A stretch of 44,999 nucleotides of DNA from Microlunatus sp. (lineage in GTDB: Bacteria; Actinomycetota; Actinomycetes; Propionibacteriales; Propionibacteriaceae), in contig DATCVL010000141.1 in assembly GCA_036566865.1 (NCBI GenBank), forward strand, positions 1 through 44,999, in the 5' to 3' direction. Shown here in pieces: positions 9,002-19,166 of this stretch (within the stretch, counting starts at the first letter, position 1; every line of letters starts with the position of its first letter). The notes below the pieces were generated by a model. It worked only from the letters and a program-made list of their open reading frames with translations, was not told where the DNA came from and searched no databases. The position numbers and the translations under genes were made by a program.

Positions 9002-10234
9002 ATGTTCGGTCGACAGAGTCGCTCAACAGCGTGTCGTCCACGAGTGGCGATCACCCTGGGCGCGTTGTTCACGGGAACGCTGATCATGGGGTCTGCCGAG
9101 ATGCTCGTGATGGGCATGCTCGACCTCATGGCTGCGGACCTGGCCTCCCCGGTTTCGGCGGTCGGTGTGCTGGTGTCGGCGAATGCGCTCGGGATCGCCG
9201 TCGGCGGACCGCTGCTGACGTTCCTGACCGCGCGACTCGATCGGCGGTCAGTGCTGCTGGCCGCACTCACGGCGTTCGCCGGGCTGAACTTGCTGCCTGC
9301 GCTCGGCGCGGGAATGGAGACCTTCGTCGCCGTCCGGGTCGTGATCGGCGCGGTGGAGGGGCTGTTCATCGCAGCCGCTATCACCACCGCTACGTCGATC
9401 GTGGAGCCGGAACGAGCCGGTCGGGCGATGGCGGTCGTGATCTCCGGGTTCGCTGTCTCCGGCGCGGTGGGGATGCCTCTGGGTCGGCTGCTCGGCCAAG
9501 CCCTCGGCTGGCGTGTGTCGTTCCTCGCCGTCGTGCTGGCGGCGATCGCTGTGCTCCTGATCGCTCTCTTGGCGGCACCCCGCGTGCCGGCCGAGGGCGA
9601 GGTCGGGATGCTCGGCCAACTACGGCTCGCGTTCGCCCCGCGCGTGCTCGCGGTGCTGGCCGTCGGCGTGCTGCTGTTCGCGGGCGTTTCAGCGGCACTG
9701 ACCTATCTCGTTCCGTTCTTGGGCGGCGTGGCCGGGGTCTCGGGGCCTTGGATCGGGGTATGCCTGGTGTCCTATGGGATCGCCGCTGCGGTTGGGTCCT
9801 TCGCCGGTGGCGGGTTCGCCGGCACCGGAGCTGCACGCGCCCTGACGATCGGCACCATCGGCGTATCGGTTTCGCTGCTCGCGATGGTCATCGGTGGGGC
9901 GAGCCCGGTCGTCGCGATCATCGCGGTGCTCGGTCTCGGCATATGCAGCGCGGGCATCACCACTCCATGGCAGCACCGCGTCGAACACCTCGCCGGCCCC
10001 GGTGCGATCCTCGCGGCCTCGCTGCCCGCATCTGCCGGGAACCTCGGCGACGCCGTCGGCGCATTCACCGGAGGGCACGCGATCAACACCGGCGGCATCC
10101 CGGCGGCCTACCTCACCGCGGCGATCCTCGCCGCTATCGCCATCGCCGCCGCGATCGCCAGCCGCTCCCTGCGCCCTGCACCTTCACCCCCGATCGGAAC
10201 GGCGCCGACAGCCGAACCCGCCACCGTCCACTGA
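9002..10234 (+). CDS. MFS transporter (DHA1/AraJ-like efflux)
   Basis: ~12 hydrophobic segments; ARLDRRSVLL loop; G.PLG..LG...GWR motif; RBS ggagg before ATG 9002. Confidence 0.9.
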   Translation: MFGRQSRSTACRPRVAITLGALFTGTLIMGSAEMLVMGMLDLMAADLASPVSAVGVLVSANALGIAVGGPLLTFLTARLDRRSVLLAALTAFAGLNLLPALGAGMETFVAVRVVIGAVEGLFIAAAITTATSIVEPERAGRAMAVVISGFAVSGAVGMPLGRLLGQALGWRVSFLAVVLAAIAVLLIALLAAPRVPAEGEVGMLGQLRLAFAPRVLAVLAVGVLLFAGVSAALTYLVPFLGGVAGVSGPWIGVCLVSYGIAAAVGSFAGGGFAGTGAARALTIGTIGVSVSLLAMVIGGASPVVAIIAVLGLGICSAGITTPWQHRVEHLAGPGAILAASLPASAGNLGDAVGAFTGGHAINTGGIPAAYLTAAILAAIAIAAAIASRSLRPAPSPPIGTAPTAEPATVH

Positions 10235-10261
10235 TCACCACCAAGAGAAGAGGAAACACTC

Positions 10262-10738
10262 ATGGAGAACACGCAGAATCCTCAGGCCGTGATCGACGCT
10301 GACATCTTCAGCGTGCGCCGCACGATCCACATCAACGCCCCCCGGGAGAAGGTGTGGCGCACCGTCACCGAACCCGAGTTGATTTCGCAGTGGTTCGGCC
10401 AGATCTCCCTCGCCGGTACCGGCGCCGGCGCCCTCGGCACGATCGGCTGGCCAGGTGAGCGCCGAGTACCGATCCGAGTCGATGCCTTCAACCCTCAGTC
10501 CGAGGTGTCTTACCGCTGGTGCAACGAGGAAGGCCCACTGCCGGCAACGGTCGATGACCATCGTTCGACGGTCTTCACCTTCACCCTCGCCGACGCTCCG
10601 CCCGGCGGCACTCAACTCACCGTCATCGAGACGGGCTTTGAAAACACCAGCGATCCGGCACGACTGATGGCAGACCATCGCGACGGCTGGGACGGCGAAC
10701 TCGACAAGCTCGTCGCACTGCTCGAGCACAGCGCATGA
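10262..10738 (+). CDS. SRPBCC/AHSA1-domain protein
   Basis: RTIHINAPREKVWRTVTEPELISQWF...TQLTVIETGF...GWDGELDKL. Confidence 0.9.
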   Translation: MENTQNPQAVIDADIFSVRRTIHINAPREKVWRTVTEPELISQWFGQISLAGTGAGALGTIGWPGERRVPIRVDAFNPQSEVSYRWCNEEGPLPATVDDHRSTVFTFTLADAPPGGTQLTVIETGFENTSDPARLMADHRDGWDGELDKLVALLEHSA

Positions 10739-11067
10739 GCGCCGACACCCTCGTCGACCAGGCCGTGGTGAACATGTGCAGTGCACTCGGCGACGAAACC
10801 CGGTGGAGCATCCTCACCGCCCTCGGCGAGGGCGACGCATCAGCATCCGCTCTCGCCCGGCGCCTGCCCGTCACCCGGCAGGCCATCGCCAAACACCTCG
10901 CCGTCCTGCAGGAGGTCGGCCTCGTGGAGACCGTCCGCTCCGGGCGCGAGATGCAGTACCGAGTCATCGGCACCGAACTCAGCACCACGGCCCGCCGGCT
11001 CGATGCCATCGGCATCGCATGGGACCGCCGCCTCGCCAGCATCAAACAGATTGCCGAGAACCTCTGA
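10735..11067 (+). CDS. ArsR/SmtB-family transcriptional regulator
   Basis: ALGDETRWSIL...SALARRLPVTRQAIAKHLAVLQEVGLV...GRE; ATGA overlap with the SRPBCC gene. Confidence 0.92.
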   Translation: MSADTLVDQAVVNMCSALGDETRWSILTALGEGDASASALARRLPVTRQAIAKHLAVLQEVGLVETVRSGREMQYRVIGTELSTTARRLDAIGIAWDRRLASIKQIAENL

Positions 11068-11074
11068 CTCGCTG

Positions 11075-11104
11075 CACCGATCCCGAGCCAACTCGGGATC
11101 GGTG
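11075..11104. terminator. Perfect 13-bp stem hairpin after the ArsR gene
   Basis: caccgatcccgag-ccaa-ctcgggatcggtg; no U-tract. Confidence 0.6.
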
Positions 11105-11143
11105 GGGCGACAAGGCAGGAAATCAACGTCCAAGGAGATGAAC

Positions 11144-11353
11144 ATGTACGAGCAGATGAGCCCCGAGTTGCCCGGCCAGATGTACGCCGAACTCGTTCGC
11201 GCCCGAGCACAACAACGCCTCGCTCAGCAAACCACCACCCAACGCCGAACAACACCGGCACGCTACCGCGCAAAGCCAAGCGGCTTGTCGCGGCAATCAC
11301 GTCCGCAACGCGTTCCAGATCCCGTCGCGACGGCGTCCAGAGTGAGTACCTAG
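11144..11353 (+). CDS. Small Arg/Gln-rich hypothetical protein
   Basis: Strong RBS aaggag; MYEQMSPELPGQMYAELVRARAQQRLA. Confidence 0.5.
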   Translation: MYEQMSPELPGQMYAELVRARAQQRLAQQTTTQRRTTPARYRAKPSGLSRQSRPQRVPDPVATASRVST

Positions 11354-11399
11354 ACCGTCGGTACAGTGAACGGCGAGCCCAGTGTATCGTCGGTAGGTA
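11347..11399. promoter_or_regulatory. Putative TetR operator pair
   Basis: tacctagaccgtcggtaca and tgtatcgtcggtaggta form an imperfect inverted repeat abutting the TetR ATG. Confidence 0.45.
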
Positions 11400-12112
11400 T
11401 GGAGTCCGGTAAAGAGCGTCTGATGGCGGCGGCACGGTCACTGCTCGCTGAGCATCCGCATCGCGAGCCAAGCACTCGCGAGCTGTATGAGGCGGCCGGC
11501 GTGGCCGCGCCCACGCTGTACCACCACTTCGGCGACAAGGACGGGCTACTCCAGGCCGTTACCGAAGAAGCCTTCGCCACATACCTGGAACGCAAGCGCT
11601 CCGTTCCTCGCTCCGGTGACCTGCTGGCCGACTTCGCGGCGGGCTGGGACCTGCACATCGGCTTCGGCGTAGAGCACCCGACGCTGTACGCACTCATGCA
11701 TGACCGCGCGGAGGGTCGCAGTACCCAGGCGGCGCAGATCGCGGAGGAGGAGCTGCGCAACGGCTTGGAGAGGCTCGCCGAAGCAGGACTGCTCCGGATG
11801 GACGTGGACGAGGCAGCCGCGATGACGACGGCGATGGCGATCGGATGCGTGACCCAGCTCAATCACGGCGGCGGGTCCGCCACCGGGCCCTTGGCGCGTT
11901 CGATGCGCATGGCCTTGATGACTGAACTCACCGGCCACTCATCAGAGCCCACCGATGTCGATCAGGCCGCCCGGCTACTGCTCGCCAGACTCGGCTCGGC
12001 CTCGGCACTGTTCACCCCGGCCGAGGAAGCCCTGCTGCGGCAGTGGTTGCACACCCTGACCGAACACTTTGTCGGTATGCAGAACGCACGAGAAGAAGGA
12101 CAAGACGAATGA
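11399..12112 (+). CDS. TetR/AcrR-family regulator
   Basis: STRELYEAAGVAAPTLYHHFGDKDGLL HTH. Confidence 0.92.
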   Translation: MESGKERLMAAARSLLAEHPHREPSTRELYEAAGVAAPTLYHHFGDKDGLLQAVTEEAFATYLERKRSVPRSGDLLADFAAGWDLHIGFGVEHPTLYALMHDRAEGRSTQAAQIAEEELRNGLERLAEAGLLRMDVDEAAAMTTAMAIGCVTQLNHGGGSATGPLARSMRMALMTELTGHSSEPTDVDQAARLLLARLGSASALFTPAEEALLRQWLHTLTEHFVGMQNAREEGQDE

Positions 12113-13087
12113 CCATTCCGACCCACCAGGATTTCGCAGCCACTCATCTGGTGGGCGGCCAAGATCGCGTGCAGCGCCTCGGGTACGGTGCCATGCAGTT
12201 GGCCGGTCCCGGGGTGATCGGGCTGCCCGAAGACGTCACCGGCGCGATCAAGATTCTGCGTCAAGCCGTGGACAGGGGGGTGCGGTTCTTCGACACCGCC
12301 AACGCCTACGGTCCCCGCACGGTCAATCAACTCATCGGACGGGCACTGAGCCCGTTTGCCGACGACGTCATCATCGGGAACAAGGTCGGAGCATGGCGCG
12401 GTCCCTCCGGAGAGTGGCTGACCGACAGCCGACCAGAGACGGTGCGTACACAGGTCGAAGACGCCCTGCTCGACCTGCGCACCGAGTCCAGTGGGCTCAC
12501 CTACCTCCGCCTCTGGGGCGACAGCCAGGCGCCAGGAAACGCGCCAGCCGAGAACGTCCCGCTCGAGGAATCGCTCGGTGCACTCATCGAACTGCGCGAG
12601 GAGGGCAAGATTCGCCACATCGGGCTGTCCGGCGCCTCTCCCGAGATGCTGGAGCGCGCACAGCGGATGACGACGATCGCCGCCGTCCAGAATCGCTTCA
12701 ACCTGATCGACCGAAGCGGCATCGAGGTTCTCGCGGCCTGCGAACATGACGGTATCGCCTTCGTGCCCTACTTACTTCCCCCTCGCCACCGGCGCCCTCG
12801 GCGAACCCGAGGCGCTCACGCGGCCAGCACAGCGACTCGGCACTCCCACGTCCACAGTCGCTCTGGCCTGGCTGCTTCGGCGCTCACCCGTGATCATCCC
12901 GATCCCCGGCACCAGATCGTCAGAGCACCTGTCCGACAACGTCCGCGCGACGGAGATCGCTCCACACCTCACCGACAAAGAGATCCGAGTGCTGACCGCG
13001 GTCGAGGACGAGGATTCCGCGACACTGAACACCATGTCGACGCAGATGGTCGACGCCCTGACACGTCGCCGGCGCACATCCGATTGA
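12109..13087 (+). pseudogene. Aldo/keto reductase, frameshifted by a 4-bp duplication
   Basis: RLGYGAMQL, FFDTANAYG, GKIRHIGLS, VQNRFNL. tact-tact duplication at 12769-12776; removing one copy restores VPYFPLATG...ALAWLL..SPVIIPIPGT. Confidence 0.85.
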
Positions 13088-13257
13088 GTTGGCAGCAGAG
13101 GACCTATCCAAACGCCGTTTCGCTCCGCGGCATCGATCGTTTCTGATCGCTCCGGGATGTCACTCCCGACGAATGACGCGTCGCCCGACGTCGGTATCCG
13201 CGATTCGTGTCCTGGTCAGTTCGGGGGGGTAGCTAGTTTCATCGCGGCCCGATGACC

Positions 13258-13328
13258 GTTCGCCTTGCGAGGCGATCTTGATCATCTTTCGTCGCGCGGA
13301 CAGGTTACTCATCGGTTGCACGTGATCG
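13258..13328 (+). repeat. Type-1 leader copy with degraded core
   Basis: First 31 bp (gttcgccttgcgaggcgatcttgatcatctt) identical to 27898-27928. Confidence 0.9.
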
Positions 13329-13391
13329 TTCGCAGGTTCAACCGGTTGGAAACTCCTCGCGCCACGCGCTGGCAGGTGTCACGATCAGGCC

Positions 13392-13949
13392 ATGTCGCCA
13401 ACGGAGTCAGGTCCCATCGCGGTCCGACCCGTGAAGGACATGCCAGAGCTCCGCCACGCGTTCGCACATATCGCACCGCTGTTCGTCGCATCGGTCGACA
13501 AGCACAACCACTACAGCCTCGACCGACTCCTTGAACACTTCACAGCGGACCGGGAAATGATGCTCATCGCGATCGACGGGGACGGGAAAATCCGCGGCGC
13601 CGCTCTCGGCTACCGCGCAGGGCCAGAGGCAGCGAAACTCCAGGCCCTTGCTGTCGACCCAGCACTCCGCAGGCTAGGGATAGGCACGCGCTTGATGCGC
13701 GAGCTTGAACACCAAGCACAGCAGGCCGGATGCACCTCGATCCACCTCGGCGCAGAAGAACCTGCACGGCCGTTTTACACCGCACTCGGCTACCACGGCA
13801 GGCGCAGCGTCCTCAGCAAGAGCCTCGCCGGTGCCGCCCTCGCCACTCCAGTCGAGGCGCGCCGGAAACGGCTGGCAGCACTAAGGGAAGCCCGGGCACA
13901 ACGGACGACGCGTCAGCCGATTCCCGACAACAGCGACCCGACACCGTGA
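13392..13949 (+). CDS. GNAT N-acetyltransferase
   Basis: LAVDPALRRLGIGTRLM motif A; ARPFYTALGY motif B. Confidence 0.88.
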   Translation: MSPTESGPIAVRPVKDMPELRHAFAHIAPLFVASVDKHNHYSLDRLLEHFTADREMMLIAIDGDGKIRGAALGYRAGPEAAKLQALAVDPALRRLGIGTRLMRELEHQAQQAGCTSIHLGAEEPARPFYTALGYHGRRSVLSKSLAGAALATPVEARRKRLAALREARAQRTTRQPIPDNSDPTP

Positions 13950-14037
13950 CAGAAAGACTCGGAACCACCCCCCGGGCAGCTCCGGATATATGCCCGGCAA
14001 TGCGCCGCCGGGATGACCGACGTTAGGGGCGCGGGCA

Positions 14038-14063
14038 CGTCGCACCCCATTCGATCACCGGGC
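14038..14063 (+). repeat. Core motif copy overlapping the methyltransferase stop codon
   Basis: cgtcgcaccccattcgatcaccgggc; tca at 14055-14057 is the minus-strand TGA. Confidence 0.65.
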
Positions 14064-14640
14064 TGCGGTCAACAAGTAGGTCGCTGGGAGATGGGTTGCG
14101 TGCACTCCGAGGCCGGGGTAGTTCTGCTCGTCTGGGAATTCCTGTAGCGACCGTACAGTCAGGCCGGCGTTCAAGACTGCGCTCACGACCTCGCCCAGGT
14201 TCCAGACGTAGCTCAGCGGCATGGTCTCTGGAACGCCGATCTTGCGCGTGACGACCGGGGCTTTGAGCGGGTCGGGATAGCCGTCGCGAGCAGGAGTGAA
14301 GTAGTCCGCCCCGACCGTCAACGACCCGTCGGGTTGGCTGGTGAGCACCTCCCACAGTGGATGATGCTCGCTGATCATCAGCATCCCACCTGGGTTGAGT
14401 CGACCTGCCAGCGACTGGGCCCAAGCGTCGAGGTCTGGAACCCAGCAGATGCCGCCCCAAGAGATATAGATGAGGTCGAAGCCAGTGAGCTCTGGATCCA
14501 ACGCCATCATGTTCTGTTCGAGGAACTCAACCGTGACGCCGACCTCGGCAGCCTTGGACCGTGCCGTCACCAAGTGGCTGGGCGCGATATCAACCGCAGT
14601 GACGTCAGCGCCCATCTGCGCGAACGTGATCGCCTCGGGC
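14055..14640 (-). pseudogene. Class I SAM-dependent methyltransferase, 5'-truncated
   Basis: EAITFAQMGADVTAVDI, FDLIYISWGGICWVPDL..W...LNPGG....EHHP; glycine-rich motif I and start are missing. Confidence 0.75.
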
Positions 14641-14686
14641 TCGGCGCCCGATAGCGGTTCGATCGAGGCATCACTACCGTCGAGCC

Positions 14687-15001
14687 ATGAGCCTCGACGA
14701 GATCTGCGAAAACGTCCGACAACTCTCCAGCGAGCACGGCTGGGACCAGGTCGACCCCATGTCGCGGATGCTGCACGTAACAGCCGAGGTCGGCGAAGTC
14801 GCACACGCTGTGATCTCACTCCAAGCGACTGCGAAGGGCCACAGCGAAACTGCCCGACTCGCGCTCGGACATGAAATCTTCGACGCCATCTGGAATCTCT
14901 GCGCCCTGGCCACCGCGGCCGGCGTTGACATCGAACAGGCCGCGCGGGACAAGATGGCCATCAACGCCGAACGAGTGTGGCCGAGCGACTCGGCGAAGTG
15001 A
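14687..15001 (+). CDS. MazG-like nucleotide pyrophosphohydrolase
   Basis: AEVGEVA...LGHEIFDAIWNL..LA...GVDIEQA..DKM.IN.ER. Confidence 0.85.
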   Translation: MSLDEICENVRQLSSEHGWDQVDPMSRMLHVTAEVGEVAHAVISLQATAKGHSETARLALGHEIFDAIWNLCALATAAGVDIEQAARDKMAINAERVWPSDSAK

Positions 15002-15020
15002 CATTCCCGCACGTCTACTC

Positions 15021-15055
15021 GAATCGGTGTGTACGGAGGGAATCCGTCACCGGGC
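15021..15055 (+). repeat. Core motif copy with gaatcggtgt leader
   Basis: gaatcggtgtgtacggagggaatccgtcaccgggc; same 10-bp leader as 28530 copy. Confidence 0.6.
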
Positions 15056-15109
15056 GCCCGGCCGGACCATTGCCAGGATCTCCGGATCGGAATGGATCCC
15101 GCAGGGCAC

Positions 15110-15751
15110 TCAGGTCGTTTCGACGATGATGCCCTTCAGCTCATCGAGTGCCTCGATTTGGTAGCGAGCCCGCGTGAAGTCCTGCGACCTGGTGAACTCG
15201 TTATAGACAATCGCGCAATCAATTCCGGCTGCTACCGCCGAGCTCAAGCCTCTGGATGAGTCCTCGACCACCAGAGATTCTTCCTTCCCGGCCCCATACC
15301 GCTTCAACCCGGCCAGATACGGCTCTGGGTCGGGCTTGGCGCGCCTGTAGTCCTCGCGGGCCAGGACGAAGTCCATGTACGGCACAATCTGACGCTCTTG
15401 GTGGATGAGGTCGAAATCCGCTCGCCTCGCCGTCGTCACGATGGCCATCCGGACGTACTGCGACAGTTCGGCGAGAACGTCGACGACTCCGTCGATCTCG
15501 ATGTCCTGTGTACGTAGGTACTCCTGGTAATAGGCGTTACGAACCTCGCGTTGCTTGTCGATGATTCGGTCATCAACGCCTGCCGCCCTGGCTTGGGCCC
15601 ACGTCCCCAGACCTTGGCTCATGTCCATGAGGTACTGGTCCCGGTCGATGGTCAGGCCGATGTCGGCGAGGGCGCGTTCTCCGGCCCGGAAGTACCAAGG
15701 CTCGGTATCGACCAAGACGCCGTCATGATCGAAGAGGATGTACTTCTTCAC
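15110..15751 (-). CDS. HAD-superfamily hydrolase (beta-PGM/CbbY-like)
   Basis: FDHDGVLVDTE, IVTT, KPDPEPY, VVEDS motifs I-IV. Confidence 0.93.
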   Translation of the reverse strand: MKKYILFDHDGVLVDTEPWYFRAGERALADIGLTIDRDQYLMDMSQGLGTWAQARAAGVDDRIIDKQREVRNAYYQEYLRTQDIEIDGVVDVLAELSQYVRMAIVTTARRADFDLIHQERQIVPYMDFVLAREDYRRAKPDPEPYLAGLKRYGAGKEESLVVEDSSRGLSSAVAAGIDCAIVYNEFTRSQDFTRARYQIEALDELKGIIVETT

Positions 15752-16023
15752 TCATCTGAGTCTTCCCCAACCGCATCCAGCTCGTCCACCGTTGTGACCA
15801 GGTCACTTGCTGTTGGCACTTGCGGCGCGTCCAGCGGTGCAAGCCGGTCTGCGACACGGCGGAGGAGAGCCGCGAGCAACCGCCTGAGCGGGGTAGGTCG
15901 CGACTCGTTCGCCGAGGCTGATCCCAATGCCGGAACCAGAGCAGCGGCCATCCGTCTCCGATGTTCCTCAATTCGACTGTCGGCATAGTGACCCTGATTC
16001 GGGTGGTACTGACTCGGGAACAC
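15748..16023 (-). CDS. Small hypothetical protein
   Basis: 91 aa, RRLLAALLRRVADRLAP; stop overlaps the HAD start. Confidence 0.55.
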   Translation of the reverse strand: MFPSQYHPNQGHYADSRIEEHRRRMAAALVPALGSASANESRPTPLRRLLAALLRRVADRLAPLDAPQVPTASDLVTTVDELDAVGEDSDE

Positions 16024-16051
16024 ATCGCACCTTCCCTGAGATCCTGTCGAA

Positions 16052-17008
16052 TCAACGGATCTGGTTCCACGTTGGACCGTCCCAGCGGGGCAGGTCCAGG
16101 GAACGGGATGCCCAGCTCAGGCAGATCACCGCGATTCGCTGCAGGACTCGTCGGAACCAGTCCGGTGCATCTGTTTCATGGAGCGCGCGGAACACGCACC
16201 GCCCTGCGGAAAACGCGGCCCAATGGCCTCCATCAGGTAGCACGTCAAAGGGGTCGGGACCACCTTCCAGTGGCAAGGTGGAGGCCGCGGTTGCGACGTC
16301 GTACTCCGGGTTTCCCCGAAAGGCCTGTGCCCAGTCCACGAAGACCACGCGCTGCCCCAGAAAGCACAGGTTATCGCTGCGCACATCGTTGTGGACCAGG
16401 GCTTCGCCACCTAGGTCCGCATCGCGTTCGGCCGCAGCGAGACCGTCAACCGCGGCACTGAACCACCTGCTGCTACACAAACCCAGCGACAGGAAGCCCT
16501 CGACATCCTCGGCTATCAGCGGCCAGTAGTGCGCGGACGCCGACGGCGCCAAAGGTAGCGACGAGGGCGGAGGCAACTCGGCAACCCGGTTCAGCGCGGC
16601 GAACATGAGATCGAACTGTCCAGGCTTCCAGCTGACTGGGTCATGGTCGGCTGGCCAGTGCGCCGAGCTGAGGTCCTCGATGACCAGGACGGGACGTTCC
16701 CCGTCATCCAGCCAAGCTAATTCGCGGGCCACCAGATCGCTCCGGACGGTGGAGATGACCTCGTGCTCGGTTCGGATCTGACTCGCGGACTGGTCATCGA
16801 CAGCCGATTTGACGAAGGCAGTCGACCCATCGTGAAAGCTGACGACAAAGGACGCGGCTGATCGCCCCGTGTGCGGCTTGTGCCAGGCTGCCGGGGCCTT
16901 ACCCAATGCCGAGGCGATCAGTCCGCGGAGAGCCGGCGTTGGCGGACTGTCTGTGGTCAGCGTGTCGACGGCTGATGGCTCGTGGCTGATCGGATTGATT
17001 GAACTCAT
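16052..17008 (-). CDS. APH/choline-kinase-fold phosphotransferase
   Basis: AFVK, LVIEDL, Brenner motif LVHNDVRSDN, FVDW; start approximate. Confidence 0.88.
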   Translation of the reverse strand: MSSINPISHEPSAVDTLTTDSPPTPALRGLIASALGKAPAAWHKPHTGRSAASFVVSFHDGSTAFVKSAVDDQSASQIRTEHEVISTVRSDLVARELAWLDDGERPVLVIEDLSSAHWPADHDPVSWKPGQFDLMFAALNRVAELPPPSSLPLAPSASAHYWPLIAEDVEGFLSLGLCSSRWFSAAVDGLAAAERDADLGGEALVHNDVRSDNLCFLGQRVVFVDWAQAFRGNPEYDVATAASTLPLEGGPDPFDVLPDGGHWAAFSAGRCVFRALHETDAPDWFRRVLQRIAVICLSWASRSLDLPRWDGPTWNQIR

Positions 17009-17351
17009 GCTGCGGCTTCCCAACGACTTCGGTGTCACACGGGCGCGTGTTACGAGTGGATCCTGAGAGGGTGGAGTAGGTGGGCTTAGCCCCTTCGGTG
17101 GCCCGACGCGCCCTACCGCAGCACGCATTAGTCTCAGCGTGACACCACCTCTTGTCAAGGTTCACGTCAACCGCGCGATCCTGACGATCAAGCAGGCGAT
17201 GCCAATAAATCCTGGGCGTTGCGGATCGATCCACGTCTATCGGGCGGCCCTCCAAGACGGGGCCGGGACCCCAGAACAGTTCCGACGCTGGCAGGAGGGC
17301 ACCAGCGCTCTCACGGACCGGCCGCCTACGCCTGTCCGCTGGCCGTTCCAC

Positions 17352-17420
17352 CCACGACGCTGTTTCAGACCGATCCGACCATGATCAAGTTCTGTGTCAC
17401 AGCCGAATCGATCACCGGGC
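17352..17420 (+). repeat. Type-2 leader + core motif
   Basis: cgaccatgatcaagttctgtgtcacagccgaatcgatcaccgggc; 16 bp identical to 22478-22493 and 15 bp identical to 39061-39075. Confidence 0.9.
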
Positions 17421-17696
17421 ACGTCCACGCAGAGACCCTGCGGGGAAGGACCGCCTGTTGGCATGGGTCTGGGACCGCGGCGTCAGGCATCGGTTGAGAG
17501 CAGACCGCGGCCTCGCTAGCGCCGGGCCCGGAAGAAGTCCCACGACATCTCGCAATTCTGTGCGTCCGCGATCCAGTTCGACGGTATAATAGTTTTCACT
17601 GAAATCGGTCGAGATTTCGGCAGAAATTGTCGCATCGAATCGAATCAAGGTGTAGAAATCGTTGATTCTTGCGCCGGGCGTTGGGATAGTCGCCCG

Positions 17697-18599
17697 GTGA
17701 CGAATTCAACTCCCCGCTCAGGCGACGCCGTCCAGATTCGCAATCTCCAGGCCAGCGATCAAGTCCCCTCCGAACTGCCAACACCCCGACCGGACGAAGA
17801 CCATCCGCGCTGGCGACGAACTCTCCTCGCCATCGACAGCGGCAACATCGTTGGCACCGCAGCACTCGCGCTCGCAACCGTCACCGACTCCTACTTCTGC
17901 GAAATCAACGTTCTCCCCACCCAACGGCGCCAGAGAATCGGAACCCGCCTGTACGCAGCGATCTATCAGCGTCGCGATCACCCGTTCCCCGTCCTCACCC
18001 GAGCCATGCGGAGTCAGCCGCTGCGCCGGACGTTCGCCGAATCTCTCGGCTCCAAGGTCCGTACTCATTGCCCCGAGCCGTGGATCGACCCACCCACCGA
18101 TCAAGCACAACAATGGATCAACCAACAAAGCTTGCCGGGTGGCTACACAACAGTGACCATGGCTGAGCAGCCCACCCAGAAGATCCTGCAGGCATGGACG
18201 ACGTACTACGTGTGGGCTCATGAAGCGTTCGGAACCGTACATGCCAACAAGGTGCCGTTGACCTGGGAGGGATACAGCCAAGGCCTGGACCCGGCCGCGT
18301 CGATGATCACTCTCGACCAAGAAGGCAGGATCGTCGCGTTCAGCCTCGTCAGCCCGGACGTCTGGGACGGCCGAACCATGATCGTTTCCGAAACTGTCCA
18401 GCACGACCAACCCGACGGAAGCCAACTACTCAAGGCAACCGTCGCACAGTCGCTATCAGTCCTCGGCGAACGTGGCGTCCACCGCGTCGAGCTCGAAGGC
18501 CACTCGACTGACCCCCACTCGCCGGACCTCGTGAACAGCCTGCCGGCAGGCGAAGGCGACCCCATGGACATCCTCGAACTCGACTCGCCAACTTCCTAG
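17697..18599 (+). CDS. Tandem-domain GNAT-family protein
   Basis: VLPTQRRQRIGTRLY motif A; second degenerate GNAT domain. Confidence 0.78.
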   Translation: MTNSTPRSGDAVQIRNLQASDQVPSELPTPRPDEDHPRWRRTLLAIDSGNIVGTAALALATVTDSYFCEINVLPTQRRQRIGTRLYAAIYQRRDHPFPVLTRAMRSQPLRRTFAESLGSKVRTHCPEPWIDPPTDQAQQWINQQSLPGGYTTVTMAEQPTQKILQAWTTYYVWAHEAFGTVHANKVPLTWEGYSQGLDPAASMITLDQEGRIVAFSLVSPDVWDGRTMIVSETVQHDQPDGSQLLKATVAQSLSVLGERGVHRVELEGHSTDPHSPDLVNSLPAGEGDPMDILELDSPTS

Positions 18600-18714
18600 A
18601 CCAACAGCCCGCAAGACGTTCGAAGACGGTCCCGCGGCAGCCGCCCGACACGGGCCACTGACAGGCATGATCATCCAGCGGCCTCAACGGGCAACCAGTT
18701 GAGCGAGGAATCGC

Positions 18715-18741
18715 CTGTCCGGCTGGGATCGCTGATCGGGC
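18715..18741 (+). repeat. Core motif copy
   Basis: ctgtccggctgggatcgctgatcgggc; a weaker copy lies at 19008-19033. Confidence 0.6.
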
Positions 18742-19166
18742 AGCATTCTGTGGCAAGCTCCTCCTCAAACTTCAGGGTCACGCTCGTCGATCGGCTCCAG
18801 CCCGCGCTCGGCAAGTGCCCGGTTCACAATGTCGAGGACGAGCGGCCGCTTAACGATCTCCAACGCCTACTCGTGGTCGCAAGAACACCAGGAAGCACGA
18901 ACCACAGAGCAACCCCAGCAACCTGACCGATATCGCTCGTGACCCGAGCAATCCTTATGCGCGTACCCGAATCGCAGACCACGGGTGCGGAACCGATCAC
19001 AGGTGGGCTGTCGCACAAGGGACCCGAACTGGGAGAGGTCTGGGTGCCTGGTGATTGCCGGCGTCCCATGAGGTGCATCTGCCGCACCGGTGCCGTACGC
19101 AGTTATGTCGAATGTTGACGCGCCCCAGCCGCTCATGCTGAACTCCGGACATCGGAAAGGAGGCTC

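Noticed and set aside
12760-12785. Programmed frameshift in the aldo/keto reductase
   Set aside because: Fully explained by a tact duplication; no slippery heptamer.
19088-19115. dif-like sequence (ttatgtcgaa resembles a XerD arm)
   Set aside because: No recognisable XerC arm at the right spacing; single occurrence upstream of lysE-type gene.
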